Counted from the first letter of the stretch, positions 36,276 to 50,934 are shown. The stretch: 64,000 nt of DNA from Octopus vulgaris (GCA_951406725.2 OX597834.1:24366001-24430000), one strand, 5' to 3'. Program-made: numbers and translations. Notes: a model not told the origin generated them from the letters alone.

Positions 36276-37277
36276 TATTAATAGTTGTAGTTGTAGTAGC
36301 AGCAGTAGTAGTAGTAGCAGTTGTAGTAGTAGTAGTAGCAGCAGTAGTAGTACTTGTAGTCGTAGCTGCAGCAGCAGGAATTTTTGCTGTAGTAGTAGTA
36401 GTAGTAGTAGTCGTAGTAAATGAGGTATTGGTGGTTTTGGCCGGTTCTTGTTTCGTAATTTTTCAAAATATGCAATGGCAGCTATGTCTTTTGGCTGAGA
36501 GTGAGAGAAAGAGAAAGAAAAAGAGAGATGGGGGAGAGAGAGATGGGAGAGAGAGATTTTCCTGATATTCTATAGTAACAAAATATTGACAATATTTTCG
36601 CAGCTGTTCGGAAAATAGAAAACAATATTTTGTCCATAAATTCAATAAATTTTCAATATCGATATTGATTCTTTCCACTGCTCCACTGCATTAATTGACA
36701 GTATTTCTCCTCTAGAATACACCAAATTAATAGTTCCACTGAGCTGCTGCTTTACATTTTCAAACCCATTCTTTATTTTTTCGTAACGTCTAAGACCACA
36801 AAACCTGGCATCGCAGCTTTTCATCGAAAACGAAATACACATTATTTTTTCTATGAATCGTATTGGTTGTATCTTGTGAAGATCATTGTGCCAACAATAA
36901 AAGCATACGCACTGGTTCTGTTCCACTTCTTCATTTTTCATTTATAAATTGGTTAATCATTTAACAAACCAACTAATCAATTGTTTGGTTAATCGTTCAA
37001 TCAATCAGTCAATCAACTAGGTTTATCAAACCTTTTGTCATTATCTCGACCTTATCAATGACATAAACCACCCCCTACTCCACGTCTGCTTTAAGTCTGT
37101 TTGTTTCTTTATGAAGTCGCGAACTACGGAAGGCTTTTGTCACACCTAGCTGCTTGATTGATTGCTCGAACAATTTAGGCAAATAATTGATTAGTTAATT
37201 GGTTAAATAGTTTACCACTTTACAAAAAATAGGAAAGACGGGAAATAGAACCAGCGCGTGTGTTTATTATCGGTATA

Positions 37278-37664
37278 CTGGAAGCACTCCGTCGGTTACG
37301 ACGATGAGGGTTCCGGTTGATCCGAATCAACGGAACAGCCTGCTTGTGAAATTAACGTGTAAGTGGCTAAGCACTCCACAGACACGTGCACCCTTAACGT
37401 AGTTCTCGGGGATATTCAGCGTGACACAGAGAGTGACAAGGCCGGCCCCTTGAAATACAGGTACAACAGAAACAGGAAGTAAGAGTGAGAGAAAGTTGTG
37501 GTGAAAGAGTACAGCAGGGATCACCACCACCCCCTGCCGGAGCCTCGTGGAGCTTTTAGATGTTTTCGCCCAATAAACACTCACAACGCCCGGTCTGGGA
37601 ATCGAAACCGCGATCCTATGACCGTGAGTCCGCTGCCCTAACCACTGGGCCATTGCGCCTCCAC
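37278..37664 (-). mobile_element. tRNA-derived SINE family C with 10-bp TSD, inserted in a degenerate foldback element (~36860-37740)
   Basis: Head ggaggcgcaatggcccagtggttagggc...ggtttcgattccc; TATCGGTATA at 37268-37277 and 37665-37674; relatives at 41410-41500 and 51675-51902. Confidence 0.9.
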
Positions 37665-37786
37665 TATCGGTATAATGCCCTCTCGAAATAAAACAAAATA
37701 TTTTTCAACACACGGGTTTTCATCAAGAATTTCGCAAAAACAAGTACAAAAATAAAATATTGAACCTGGAAGCAAGCTTCTTACTA

Positions 37787-37843
<57 letters not shown>

Positions 37844-38029
37844 AGACTGTGTTTGTGTGAATGTATAGGTTACATTGCACGAGAAACTGTGTATGTTGGT
37901 ATTAGTTGATTATTTTTCTATAACTCTAGGTAAACAATTTCCCTTAATTCAGAAATAAAGACTTCAAGTTCAAATCCAGTCTGGTACTAGTGAGTGCATT
38001 TCCAAGAATAAAATGCTTCTTTATCACCG

Positions 38030-38560
38030 AGGATCTCTCCTGGTGAAAGCTCATCCTTAGCAAACTATGACCACGTCCAGAAGACTAGCCCCTTGTCTGC
38101 AGAGCAAAAGGGTATTTCATTCTCCAACAGCTGTTGGCATTCAACAAGGCCCAGTTAGGTTCACAATGGAGAACTGTTTCCACATTTGGGATGATGTTGC
38201 TAAAAATGAAGTCAGATATTCAGAATCACATTTAAAGAAGAGCCAATCAGCTGATTGTCATTAACTCACTAACGAACGCATTCCAACTTTTAACACACAG
38301 ACTTACTCTTCTCTCTGTATATCTGTCTATAACTAGAGAAATGGCCTCTGTTCCCCAGATATGGTTGAATTGATACCTCTTAGGTATCTTAATACACTCA
38401 TCTCTCGTCACTCACGGTGCATCCAAACCCTTCGCCTCCTGCACTAATCATCATGCCCAGTCTTTCCTCCCCAGAATATCCCCCCTCTGGAATCTTCCTC
38501 CTGTTTATGTCTTTCCTGCAGGCATTGACCATAAATGGCATCAAGGTCATCAGTCTTGGA
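38030..38560 (+). mobile_element. degenerate CR1/Jockey-group LINE 3' fragment
   Basis: Remnants resembling 'KAQVR..ME.C.HIW' and 'SFLPR...LWN.LP..VFP'. Confidence 0.5.
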
Positions 38561-38966
38561 CAAAATGCCTTGTGATAACTGTTCCTGTTTTTAATGTTCT
38601 AAGTTCAAACTCCACCGATGTTATTTTTGTATTTCATCGTTCTGAGAGGTCAATAAAATATAACTAATACAGATGAGTTGATTAGTTGGAGTCATAGAGT
38701 GTCTTGTGATATTTGATCTTCTTCCTAACATTTTGAGTGCCCAGACAGGTGTGGTAAACTTACCTGTATGCAGTCGACAAAATGGCGCCTTGTAAACACA
38801 AAACCCCCACACACCCGCACAAATGCAATGGGAAACCACTTTTGTGTTCTTCCACGAAACTTTTCCCACGACAAGTACAAATTGTATGTAAAAGAAATCA
38901 TGAGGTGTGTGAAATATCGTTCGCACTTGGATGGTGCTGAAAGAAAGAATTTGTTGTTAATGTGGT

Positions 38967-39190
38967 GAGCACGCCGGGCGAAATGCTTAGCCGTATTTCG
39001 TCTGCCGTTACGTTCTGAGTTCAAATTCCGCCGAGGTCGACTTTTCCTTTCATCCTTTCGGGGTCGATAAATTAAGTACCAGTTACGTGCTGGGGGTCGA
39101 TGTAATCGACTTAATCCGTTTGTCTATCCTTGTTTGTCCTCTCTGTGTTTAGTCCCTTGTGGGTAGTAAATAAATAGGTATTTCGTCTGT
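38967..39190 (+). mobile_element. SINE family B
   Basis: Closely similar to 21720-21920. Confidence 0.85.
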
Positions 39191-39730
39191 CTCTTTTGAT
39201 TCTTACGCGTCGCAAGAATGATCGTAAATTGTGGCTAGAGATAAAGTTGCCTGTCTTAATTCCTTTTATCCCAGTCTTCCATACTGTCTCTTTCGCTATT
39301 GCTACAACCGTGAGAAAACAATTCTTACTTTCGTTCGTTAAAACTCCTGGTGGGTCAATTTTTATAATTGACTCAGTCGACAGATCTACTCTTCCTTCGC
39401 CGGACACCAGGTGTTCAGCATAAGCCCACATTATCTCCGGATCTTGGACAGGTCGGCGACTGACGCTTACCATGTCTTGCGAGCATATCCCAAACGGGCA
39501 AGGCACCTCTGTAGCATTGCCAGGTTAAGGACTTTTGGAAGTTGTCCAATGTTCTCAACCCGAATGTACGGTAAAACAGGCTGTCCAGTTGAATAAACCC
39601 GAGACCTAGAGTCGCCCCCAGACCATTGTCGCATTCAGACTCTACCAATCCACTATATAAAATCCGTGTGGAACCCCCACCGCTGGCGTTCAAGTCTTTT
39701 ATCCTAGTCTTCCATACTACCTCTTTCGCT
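39190..39730 (-). mobile_element. Tx1/L1-like ORF2 C-terminal fragment
   Basis: LDNFQKSLTWQCYRGALPVWDMLARHG..PTCPR and LTVVAIAKETVWK; frameshifted. Confidence 0.75.
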
Positions 39731-40009
39731 ATTTAAATTATTTTAATGGTAAATCGAAGTAAGCAAAAGTTAATAATAGTGTCTCTTTCTCTCTGTATGT
39801 ATGTATGTATATATATATATATATAAATAAATAAATAATCAAAATAAGTAACAGGATTACTGTTACTTAGTAGTATTAGTGCAATTCGACATTGCACTAA
39901 TGCCTGACGTCCTGTTATTTTGATTTTATTCACCTTACTTCGAGCTGTGTGGACAATACCGGATTGACTTGGTGCCTCAACTTAAGTAGCTAATTCAACT
40001 GAATCTTAA

Positions 40010-40026
40010 TTATATATATGTATATG

Positions 40027-40069
<43 letters not shown>

Positions 40070-40146
40070 GTATGTATGTATGTATGTGTATGTATGTATA
40101 TATATATATATATATATGTATGTGTATGTATGTATGTGTATGTATG

Positions 40147-40177
<31 letters not shown>

Positions 40178-40236
40178 GTATATATATGTATATATATATG
40201 TATATATATATGTATATATATATGTATATATATATG

Positions 40237-40303
<67 letters not shown>

Positions 40304-40361
40304 TTATGTATGTATGTGCGTGTGTGTGTGGTATATGAGTGGGTGGGCGTAAGTATACATT

Positions 40362-40395
<34 letters not shown>
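40010..40395. repeat. compound (TA)/(TATG)/(CA) microsatellite
   Basis: Directly visible. Confidence 0.95.
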
Positions 40396-40396
<1 letters not shown>

Positions 40397-42371
40397 GTGT
40401 ATGGGATTCCATTATTTTTCTTTGCTGTCAATGTTCTGAAGATCTCAACATTGAAGTCACTAAGCCCGCACCACTGCACCTCACCACCCACCCCGCCTCG
40501 CCGTGGAAACTCATACATAACAATAATTAAACATAAAAAAAGCATAACTCACATACATACTTATGTGTGTATGTATGTATGTATGTGTGCGTGTGTAATA
40601 CAAATTGGTGAACAACACTGAAGTCAGTATGTTAATTATGATACAAAAGAGTTGAGTTGTGGTTTTATTGCCATTGTTGACTTCTTTCAGTATACAAAAC
40701 CAAGAGTTCCAGGTTCGTATTCAACACGCTATTGTTCATTGTTTACATAATTTAGTTTTTTTTTCCCACCCCTTTCTTTAGGGGACAGGGGTTGAGAGGG
40801 AAGGGCTCTCTTACGTTTTCTAAAATCTTTCTATGCCCTCAATTTCTTTGCTTTTTTGTTTTGATTAGTTTCAAACAAGTTCCTTTTACGTTAACTCCTG
40901 GCTATTGTTTCTATGTATGTATGTATACAAATATATATGTATGTATATGTATATATAGATATGTATATATATATGTATATACATGTATGTATGTATGTAT
41001 ACAAATATATATGTATATATAATATGTATATATATATGTGTATATATATATGTATATACATATATGTATGTATGTACGAACGTATGTATGTATGTATGTA
41101 TGTGTGTGTGCGTGTTTGTATACGAAAGAGTGGAAGGAGAAATAGACAAACATGAGCACTAAACTATTCCAGTATTTTTTGTTTTACAAAATTACAAAGA
41201 ACTTGGCCCTATTCTCACGGCTTTTGTATGTCAACCCGTTTGGCAACCTTTTACGATGCTCCAGAGGTACTATACAAAGGGGTGAGGGTATATATTTCTT
41301 TACTGCCCACAAGGAGCTAAACATAAAGGGGACAAACTGGCACTTTATTTATCGACCCCGAAAGGATGAAAGGCAAAGTCGACCTCCGGCGGAATGAAAT
41401 TTATATTATCGCTCAATAAACATTCCCAGTCTGGGAATCGAAACCGCAATCCCACGACAGCGAGTCCGCTGCTCGAACCACTGGGCCATTCACCCCTCCA
41501 TAAAGGGGTGAGGGTATAGTCTGGTGATTGTAGACTGTTCTTTTACCTTCAGTATCTTACAGCCATATCTCTCACAGTGAAGGGGCGTACCTATGAGGTT
41601 GTAAAAAAAAATGGATGAATCTTTAAAAAACTTTTATCATCCTGTCAACGTAAACAAGCATTTATCTTTTACTCGTTTCAGTAACTGGACTGCGGCCATG
41701 CTGGGGCAACGCTTTGAATGGTTTAATTGAACAAATCGATCCAAGAACTTATTTTGTTTTTAAAGTCTGCTAGTTATTTTTAAAGTCTGTAGTCTTCTTC
41801 GTCGGACAGCTAATGTACTGGGAGGCAAAGAAACCAACACCGGTTGTCTAGCGGTGGTGGGGGATAAACTCAAAAACGCACACACACACACACACACACA
41901 TATGTATACATACAAGGCGCATTCTAGAAGGTTTGAGGCTATTTTAGGAGAGGCAATCATAACTGCCCTAGATAATTGTAATTTTAGTATATCATTACCA
42001 CACATTTAATAAGCTGACGCGCCAACTTTTTTTCTAAATTCCAGATTGAAGCAGACGGATGTATCAACCACTTGATGCATCATAACTCATGTTTTTGTTA
42101 CAGTTTTTGAAAACTTTGCGGAGGCCTCTGAGCAAGTAACGCCAAGCTTTTGGGAAAATAATAAATAATAAATAAATAAATAATAAACTAATAAACACGC
42201 TACATACCTTCCTTCCAAGCACTGCTGTAAACAGCGGAAGAGAATTAGAACGCTAAACCTTAGTACGCACGTATAGCAGAATTCAAGGTCAATCTATACC
42301 AAGCGGCTTCACTTTACGTGTTGTAGTTTCGTTACTATGGCAACAGTCCGGAGAATTACTGATCAGACCAC

Positions 42372-42425
<54 letters not shown>

Positions 42426-43712
42426 TTATTCATCCTCTCATTCACACGACTTTTCAACTGTGAGCAGTTTCTTTCCCATTCTCACATTGATATATACTAC
42501 TTAACTACTCTTTTGAGTGATTCTGCAAACCCGGTTTATAGAGTCTTCAATCGATACGTGATCCAAGAACAGGGATATCCCAGAAACAGCTGTCAGTGAC
42601 TATCTCTACTATCTCTACCAGTTTTGTATTATTTTACTATTTTTAGATTGAATTAAATGAATCCCATAGTCGTGTCTTGATTAATTGTCTGCCACTATTT
42701 TATATATATATATATATATATATATGGTGACCCCCTTCGGTCAGACACTGACCATGGGATTGCACCTAGAGAGTTACCCTCTGAGGCACAAGTCTGGGCA
42801 AGGTTGTTTTTTTTTTCTTATGGAAGACCAGCAGTCACCCATGCATACCGGCCTTCCCTCTCCACGTCACCGATGTTGTCCAAGGGAAAGGCAAGGGCCG
42901 ATACAGCTTGGCACCTGTGACGTCGCAACTCATTTCTACAGCTGAGTGAACTGGAGTAACGTGAAATAAATAAATATGTATATATATATATATATTCGCC
43001 ATGTTGGACCGTTGCATTCTACAAGTTTTTTCATTCTCTCTCTCTGCTTATTTTTCTCCTTTCTGTTGAAGAGCGTAGAATAAGTACTTAAAAAGCTTTA
43101 AAAAATTCTAGGCTCCATTTGCTCGACTTCAAGGGGGTGCCTCAGCATGGCCGCAATCCAGATTTTTGTTGTTTTTGCTTTTTGATTTGCCTATGTATGT
43201 ATGTGTGTATGAACATTGATATGAATCTATGTATACATATGTGCGTATGTCTACATATGCCGATGTGTATACTGATGTGTGCGTGGTGTATGTGTGTGTG
43301 TGTGTGTATATATATGTTAGGTCGACGTTTTTCACTTAAAAAAATAAAAAAAATCTCAACGGTTTATGTGCACTTTTAACACTTGTTTGTACTAGGACCA
43401 ATGATGATATGATGCTGATATACACATTTATACATATATCTATACATAAACACACACATACACACATATACAGCCACACATGCATACATTCATACATATA
43501 TACATATATTTATGTATATATGTATGCATGCATATAGAATGTTTACGTTTATTGTCAAGCGCATGTTTGTATAATAAACATGGATATGTTTATCACTTTT
43601 ATTTAAAACCACATTCAATCACACATGCATATGCATGTGTGTGTCTGTGCGCGTCCGTGTTTGTATGTATGTATGTATGTATGTATGTATGTATGTATGT
43701 ATGTATGTATGT

Positions 43713-44128
43713 ATACTCTTTACTCTTTACTCTTTTACTTGTTTCAGTCATTTGACTGCGGCCATGCTGGAGCACCACCTTTAGTCGAGCAAATCGACCC
43801 CAGGACTTATTCTTTGTAAGCCTAGTACTTATTCTATCGGTCTCTTTTGCCGAACCGCTAAGTGACGGGGACGTAAACACACCAGCATCAATTGTCAAGT
43901 GATGGTGGGGGGGGGGGACAAACACAGACACACAAACATACACACACACACACATACATACATATATATATACATATATACGACGGGCTTCTTTCAGTTT
44001 CCATCTATCAAATCCACTCACAAGGCTTTGGTTGGCCCGAGGCTCTAGTAGAAGACACTTGCCCAAGGCGCCACGTAGTGGGACTGAACCCGGAACCATG
44101 TGGTTGATAAGCAAGCTACTTACCACAC
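43713..44128 (-). mobile_element. SINE family A, near full length
   Basis: Same family as 27833-28222. Confidence 0.9.
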
Positions 44129-45429
44129 TGTGTATATATATGTATGTATATAAAAGATGTGTTGTTTATGTGTTGATATGCATACACGTATGTATGTATG
44201 TGTATGCCTTTCATGTATTTTGTACTCATTTGTCTCTTTCGTTCAACCCACAACTCCCCGTCAATCCCAAGATTCCTCTCTACGCCCTCCAGCGTCACTC
44301 TTACCACAATGCACCCCTTTCATTGCCCACCACTCTGCTCCCTGCTATGAACCAATCTGTATTTATTTACACACACATACACACACAAACTCACACAAAG
44401 ACACGCATGCATGCACACACACAGCCACGCACACACAGACACAGACACACACACACACAGACACACACACACACAGACACACACACAGACGCACACGTTC
44501 CCAAAGTTCTATTTTTGTTCATTATCAATATATTACCCATCCTGGTATTGCAGTCAGATAGAACAGATAAATAATAAACAAAGTAAAAATAAACAACAAA
44601 TAAACAATAAAAAACAAAACCCACGTAAAACTAGACCCGCAGTTCCTGGGGTGCAGAAAATGGACTCTGTTCAAAGATTTAAAAGGCTGTAGTGTAGAAT
44701 GTACAATATAATTATCTAATTATATTCATCTTTCAAAAGACTGAAGGCGCGTGCCTCGTAGTTAGAACATTGCATGATCGTGGTTTCAAATCAGTGTATT
44801 CTGTTCTTGTTAAAAAGACTTCATATCACGTCGCTCCAGTTCACATACATACACACTGATAAACACAAACACTCGGCGTGAGCTATTATATACTTTTATA
44901 CAGTGGGTGAGAGAGCGCGGTAAATATATATTGAGAGAGGAAACGTGTATCATGAAAAAAAGCGGAAAACGGAAGAGATAGACAGACAGACAGACAGATT
45001 TTTCGGCTGTTGTCACAAATTTTGAGATTTCAAAGTTAAGTGAAAATTTTCAAATTTGGTTTATTGATGATATACTTCATGACGCTAAGTCCGAGTTCGT
45101 CATTCATCTATACTACAAAAATTTTAGAAAAATTTTACAAAAGTTTAAGGTTTGATCATTTTTACCCAGTCAGAAAACAGGATTTGTGCGTAATTGCTGT
45201 GATAAAACGGAAGTAAACATTAGAAGTTTTAAACCAAATAACAGCAATGCGAGAGAGATAACGCACGCGTACACACATACAAACTCAAAGTTTTACAGAC
45301 AAAGAGAGAGAGAGAGAGAGAGAGGGGGAGAGAGAGAGAGAGAAAAAGAAAGTGTGAAGTAATTAATAGAGATAGATACATTCGTAGTTATGTAGTATAT
45401 ACATATATATATATATGATATATATATAT

Positions 45430-45624
45430 AATATGAATTAGAGATAAAACCACTATTAGGCAACTCAAACAGTGATAGACATAAGCCAATACATAAATAA
45501 ATCTATCACTGTTTGAGTTGCCTAATAGTGGTTTTATCTCTAATTCATATTTTATATATTTATACTGTGAAATTTGATTTAATCCTAAATCTAATTTTTT
45601 CCTGTAAGTTTGGAGCCATACTCC

Positions 45625-45630
<6 letters not shown>
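45430..45630 (+). mobile_element. Penelope-like terminus with perfect 50-bp-arm hairpin (45430-45551), flanked by (TA)n
   Basis: aatatgaattagagataaaaccactattaggcaactcaaacagtgataga and its reverse complement; homologous to 32620-32750. Confidence 0.75.
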
Positions 45631-45677
<47 letters not shown>

Positions 45678-45824
45678 CATTTTATTTATTAGGGAATAAA
45701 CATTCCGGCATCACAGGGGTTCAAATTATTCTCAATGAGTAAATATATATGTTATTTAGAGATAGCAGTCCCATCATCACACCATATAAAAGAATTTTAA
45801 TTTAATACTTTCTACTCTTTACTA

Positions 45825-45918
45825 AAACACGTGTTTCTTGAGGTTCTTTTACGGTTCCTTAAGCACGCAGTGTTTTACAGGAACATTTAAAATGTAACCC
45901 CAATCATCAGGCCTCTAA
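45825..45918 (-). ncRNA. hammerhead-like motif with extended stem II, stem I poorly paired
   Basis: CUGAUGA-uugggguu...aaccucaa-GAAA-cacgug-UU; palindromic ACACGUGU. Confidence 0.45.
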
Positions 45919-46107
45919 ATAGATTTATCATGGTTCGATACCAAATACTATATTTTAATTTTAACAGATAAGTATGTGTATGTGTAAATAGATTCACCGG
46001 ACCTTACTGTGCAAGCCATAATTTAATTCAAATAAGATTAATAAAAATGTATAAGCAAGAGGTACATGCTGGATTGGCCTCGTGTTTATATGTTTAATCT
46101 AGGCGTA

Positions 46108-46176
46108 CCTGTTGAAGAAGACTTCGCCTAGCAAATTATTTTATTTGATAAAATAAGTCAGAAACCATGGTCCAGG
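46108..46176 (+). ncRNA. hammerhead ribozyme motif (UUGAAGA core variant)
   Basis: ccug-UUGAAGA-a-gacuu...aaguc-a-GAAA-ccaugg-UC-cagg; stem I ccug/cagg, palindromic ACCAUGGU, GUC triplet. Confidence 0.6.
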
Positions 46177-46538
46177 AAATAGATGGTAAATGTTTTTATT
46201 TTTCATTCCTTCGAGAATTTATCCCTAATTGATGGTTTTGGACTTTATCTGTTCTTTCTAGCGTAAGGGATTCCTATGATGGAAACTTCTTAATGTGTTT
46301 AAATGTACACTGTATTTAATATGAATATTATATGGGGAACATTTGTGTATGTATTACTATTTGCTTCAATTGTAATTTTAAAAAATACATGCTTATTATG
46401 GACCTCCAGTAACGCATCCTCTATGATATACAATAACCGGCTGGAGCGAAGTGTTCATAACCGGATTACAGCTTTTGCGCAGTGTGTATATTCTAATAAT
46501 ATAAGAATTTGTTGTGAAAATATTTTTGTAAGGGTAGG

Positions 46539-46768
46539 GCGGCGAACTTGCAGAATCGTTAGTACGACGGGCGAAATGCCTAGCGGTATTTCGTCTGCCG
46601 TTACGTTCTGAGTTCAATTTCCACCGAGGTCAACTTTGCCTTTCATCCTCTCGGGGTCGATTAAATAAGTACCAGTTACGTATTGAGGTCGATGTAATCG
46701 ACTTAATCTCTTTGTCTATCCTTGTTTGTCCTCTCTATGTTTAGCCCCCTGTGGGCAATAAAGAAATA
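46539..46768 (+). mobile_element. SINE family B with ~15-bp TSD, inside a degenerate foldback element (~46480-47235)
   Basis: AATATTTTTGTAAGG at 46519-46533 and 46769-46783. Confidence 0.85.
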
Positions 46769-47989
46769 AATATTTTTGTAAGGTTAGTGAGAGGAATTTC
46801 GGAAAATTCACACGAGTTACTTTTGTTTCCTCATAACTTTTAGAAAATGGGTTATTTTTTCCTGAAATTTTCCACAATTACCTTTCACAGTGCTTATTAT
46901 TATTAAATAGGAACTTAATATGGAAAAAATGGTGGGATAGCAGACATACAGTCTAACACTTTACATATGTCTACAAAATGAAACTTGAAAGTTCGAAAAA
47001 ATTTGTGATGTATCTGTGTGTGCTCGCTATTTTTCTTTTCACATGAAATTTGAATATAATCGTAATTCACACACTATGGAAGATATTTAAAAAAATTCTC
47101 ATTTAAAAATACCCATTTTTTCGAAAGTTATGAGGAAACAAAGCTGTTACGTGAAAATTTTCTGAAGCTCCTCTCCCCACTGCCCTGAAAAAATATTTTT
47201 CACGTCAAATTCCGACATAATTGGAACCTACACCATCAATAATAATGGCATAATTATTTAGCCAACGTCCCTTAGAAAAATCGATAATGATCAGAGAATT
47301 AGAACATCATTCACTGAAGCAACGTGAAATTTTGGTTCGCTAAATTATTCTGATTAAGTCATCGATTAATTTTGATTTAATGAAATTCGATCAGCGCCTT
47401 TACCCCTCGTCCCCAGATTGACATTTTATTCTCAACAATTTGTGGTCTTATGCCAACAGCAGAAATAATTGTTTCAAATTTTAGCACAAAGCCAGCAATT
47501 TTAGGGAAGGGTTAGGGTTAGTCGATTATATCGACCCAGCACTTGAATGGTACTTACCTTATTGATCTATCGATCCCCCAAGAACGAAAGGTGATGTTGG
47601 CCTCGGCGGTATTGGGACTCAACGTAAAGAGCCGAAAGAAATGCCACTAAGCGTTTTACTCGGCTAGTTGTTTTAAATTTTGGCAGAAGACCATAAATTT
47701 TCGAAGAGGATAATGGTCAGTCGATTCCGTTGAACCCCAAACTCGTCTGGTACTGTATTTTATTGATCTCAAAAAGATAAAAGTCGAAGTTGACCTTGGT
47801 GCTATTTGAACCCAAAATGTATAGATCCGGAAAAAATACCACAAAGCATTTTTCGACGCTCCAAAGATATTTTCCACCCACGGTTCTTTGAAGTTGATGA
47901 GGAATTCTAAGCATAATCACACATTTTTGGAAGAGGAGTGTAAGCATTCCACCACCCTCTGGTAATAATAATAATAATAATAATAATTT

Positions 47990-48322
47990 TTGTCACAAGG
48001 GCAGCTTGGGGGAGGGGATTAAGTCATTTACATCGACCCCAGTTTTTCACTGCTACTTAATTTATCAAGCCCAAAATTTGAACTCAGAACGTAGTGACGA
48101 GCGAGATACCGCTAAGCATTCCGTCCAGCGTGCTAACGATTCTGCCAGTTCGCCGCCTTATTAATAATAATAATCCTTTCTACACAAGGCCCGAATGCTT
48201 TGGGGGAGGAGACTAGTCGATTACATCGACCTCAGTGTTTCTCTGGTATTTAATTTATCGACCTCGAAAGGATGAAAGGCAAAGTCGACCCCGGCGGAAT
48301 TTGAACTCAGAACATAGCGGCA
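47990..48322 (-). mobile_element. two partial family B SINEs
   Basis: gtcgattacatcgacc...cgaaaggatgaaaggcaaagtcgac. Confidence 0.75.
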
Positions 48323-48725
48323 GTTGCAGTAAACGTTTGCTAAGAGGTCGCCGAATAAGTCTGGCATGTAAGTGTAAAGCTCGTAGGGCAGATAATCCAA
48401 AACAGACGATTTACCCCTCGTGCAGCTAGCCTTTGCTTCCCGTATTTCAAAAGCTGTTATCGGCCCTTCGCAGCGCTCCGCCTCTGTCGCCGAGAGCTAC
48501 AGCAGTCCCTCGAGGTAGGACATTAAACCCATCCTGCGATCCGGCTCACCGCAGTTTACGAACAGTTGAGCGAAGCGCCCCTGAAAAGCCTCAAACATCT
48601 GTCTCGGATCAGTTATCATTTGCCCGTCGTGATCCGGCAATGGTCGGATCGTGGATTTATTGCCAAGCCGTGCCTCTGCTACTTGGGCCCATAGAACGGC
48701 TTTCGCCCCTTCGCGTCTGACGATA
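48322..48725 (-). mobile_element. Tx1/L1-like ORF2 fragment (tether to start of RT)
   Basis: GQMITDPRQMFEAFQGRFAQLF...CEGPITA...GLDYLPYELY; contains stops and frameshifts. Confidence 0.7.
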
Positions 48726-48970
48726 ACTAAAATAATGAAATAGATGATGATAATGATGAAAAAGATGATGATGATGATGATGATGATCATGACGACGACG
48801 ACGACGACGATGGATATGAGGTTGATGATTAATAATAGTAAAATCTGTCAATGGTAAAGCTCTAAAAATAACTTAGAGTCCTCTTCTGTCCAACAATTAT
48901 CCTTCCCCTGAAATCTACGTCTTGTAACAATAAGACCTTTATACATAAATACGTATGTACACACATACAA

Positions 48971-49028
<58 letters not shown>

Positions 49029-50792
49029 AAGTATGTGTGTATGTATGTATATGTATATCTATGTGTATGTATATATATGCGTGTATGTGTGTATATACAA
49101 TTTATGTATATGATTATTTTTCTATTGCCTTATGTTTATTATTGTTTCACTTCTTACAACTGATAATTATTTATAACCCTAGTATTTAACTATTTATATA
49201 GTCAATTATTTTTACGCTATAACGATAATTCATATTTGGAAATCATTTAGCTACTAACAATGTTTATACAATATTTAGGAATAAAAATATTTTTTAGTGT
49301 ATTTACCTGTATTATAACTATAATAATGTATTCTAAACAATATTTAATCAATGCATATTAATATTGCTTTTCTATATACTTAACTTTTATATGCTTTAAT
49401 CTATCCTAATCTTCAATACTAGATTATATTAATGTTATCCTACATTATAACCTATTGTCTATTTACTTATATATTTGATCCTTTAATCTTTACTTTAATA
49501 TTTTTTTTTATATCAAACTCAATATTTTGTAAACTCTGTCTCTATAAATATACGAATTTCCTCTCTTTGTACCAAAACTAATAATTATTTCTTGAAATCT
49601 TGATGGATCTTCCTTTTCATCTTAGAAGACCTTTTCATTGATTTATGCTGATTTTATTCTCATTGCTTTCCACACTTTCTATGAATTAAAAAAAATATCT
49701 ACTTATACCTTAAAATTTTTAAAAAATTAACATTGTTCATGTTTTCTTGATATCAGTTCCTATATTTCGTAAATATTGTTTCTAAACACTTTTTATTTAG
49801 TTTTAGTTCATAATAATTAAAATAATAATAATAATTTTTAGAACATATTCTTCGTGGTAAGACGATTGGCGTCTGTTTCTATTATATTAGGAAGCCACAT
49901 GGTGGTTCTTCTTATGTATGTATGTATGTATGTATGCATGCATGCATGTATGTATGTATGTATGTATGCATGCATGCATGTATGTATGTATGTATGCATG
50001 CATGCATGCATGTATACGATGGGCTTATTTCAGCTTCCGTCTGCCAAATCCACTCACGAGGCTTTGATTGGGTCGGCCCGGGGCTGTAGAAGACACTTGC
50101 TCAAGTGGGACTGAACTCGAAGCCATGTGGTTGGGAAACAAGCTTCTTATTAACAAGGCAATGCCTGCTTCTCTCTACTTCATCCACTTTTACTGACATC
50201 AAACTAGAGATAAACTAAATATTTATCTAATTGCACAAATGCGTTTATCTGTTCTAATTTAAGGACGTGCTTCTCTATTCAACTGACCCAATTAATTTGG
50301 CAGTTCACCATTAATTAACCTTTTCAGTTTTTGGCATCAAATTCTTTCTTTTTATTCTTCGTTTTCTTGTTTGCTTATTCCACTTCTTGTCCATCCCTAA
50401 AAAAAGAAAAAAAAGAAAAAAACGAATATATAAAAATTTGTTGGAATTTATATCGCAGATGGAAAAGAATTGATTACGAATTAATCAACTATCTCCTTCT
50501 TCATCATCCTCATCGTTTTCTTCTCTATATTCGTCATCATAAGCTCCATCCTCTCCAACAAACATTTCCATTTATAAATTCTACACCCAATAATTATATC
50601 TAAATTTAGGGATGAGCAATACCATAAGGAATCTCTTACAATGCTCTACCATTTGGCTTCATTTATTTATCAACCAAGAAAGGATAAAAGTGCATACGTG
50701 GTTTACATGAACTCAAGGAACACAGAACCGGAGAAAATACAGGCAAAGTATTCTACCAGGAGCTCGAACAATTCTATCAATTCGACTCTTCA

Positions 50793-50847
<55 letters not shown>

Positions 50848-50934
50848 AGAGTTTACGAAAAAAACAAAAGACGAAGACAGGTGGTGTACAAAACAAACAG
50901 ATGTATTAGTATAACGCTCAGGAATAGAAAACGT

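Noticed and set aside
37590-37662. tRNA gene
   Set aside because: tRNA-like head continues into a SINE body bounded by a TSD
42560-42600. GAAACAGCTGTC hammerhead 3' half; similar weak motifs at 27605-27652 and 33815-33856
   Set aside because: No recognisable CUGANGA or stem I; at best decayed remnants, so not called
47509-47521. GGGTTAGGGTTAG telomere-like repeat
   Set aside because: Only two units, inside a degenerate SINE
49100-49850. Possible decayed GIY-YIG endonuclease on the minus strand
   Set aside because: Only scattered residues match in very AT-rich sequence; cannot be supported without a profile search
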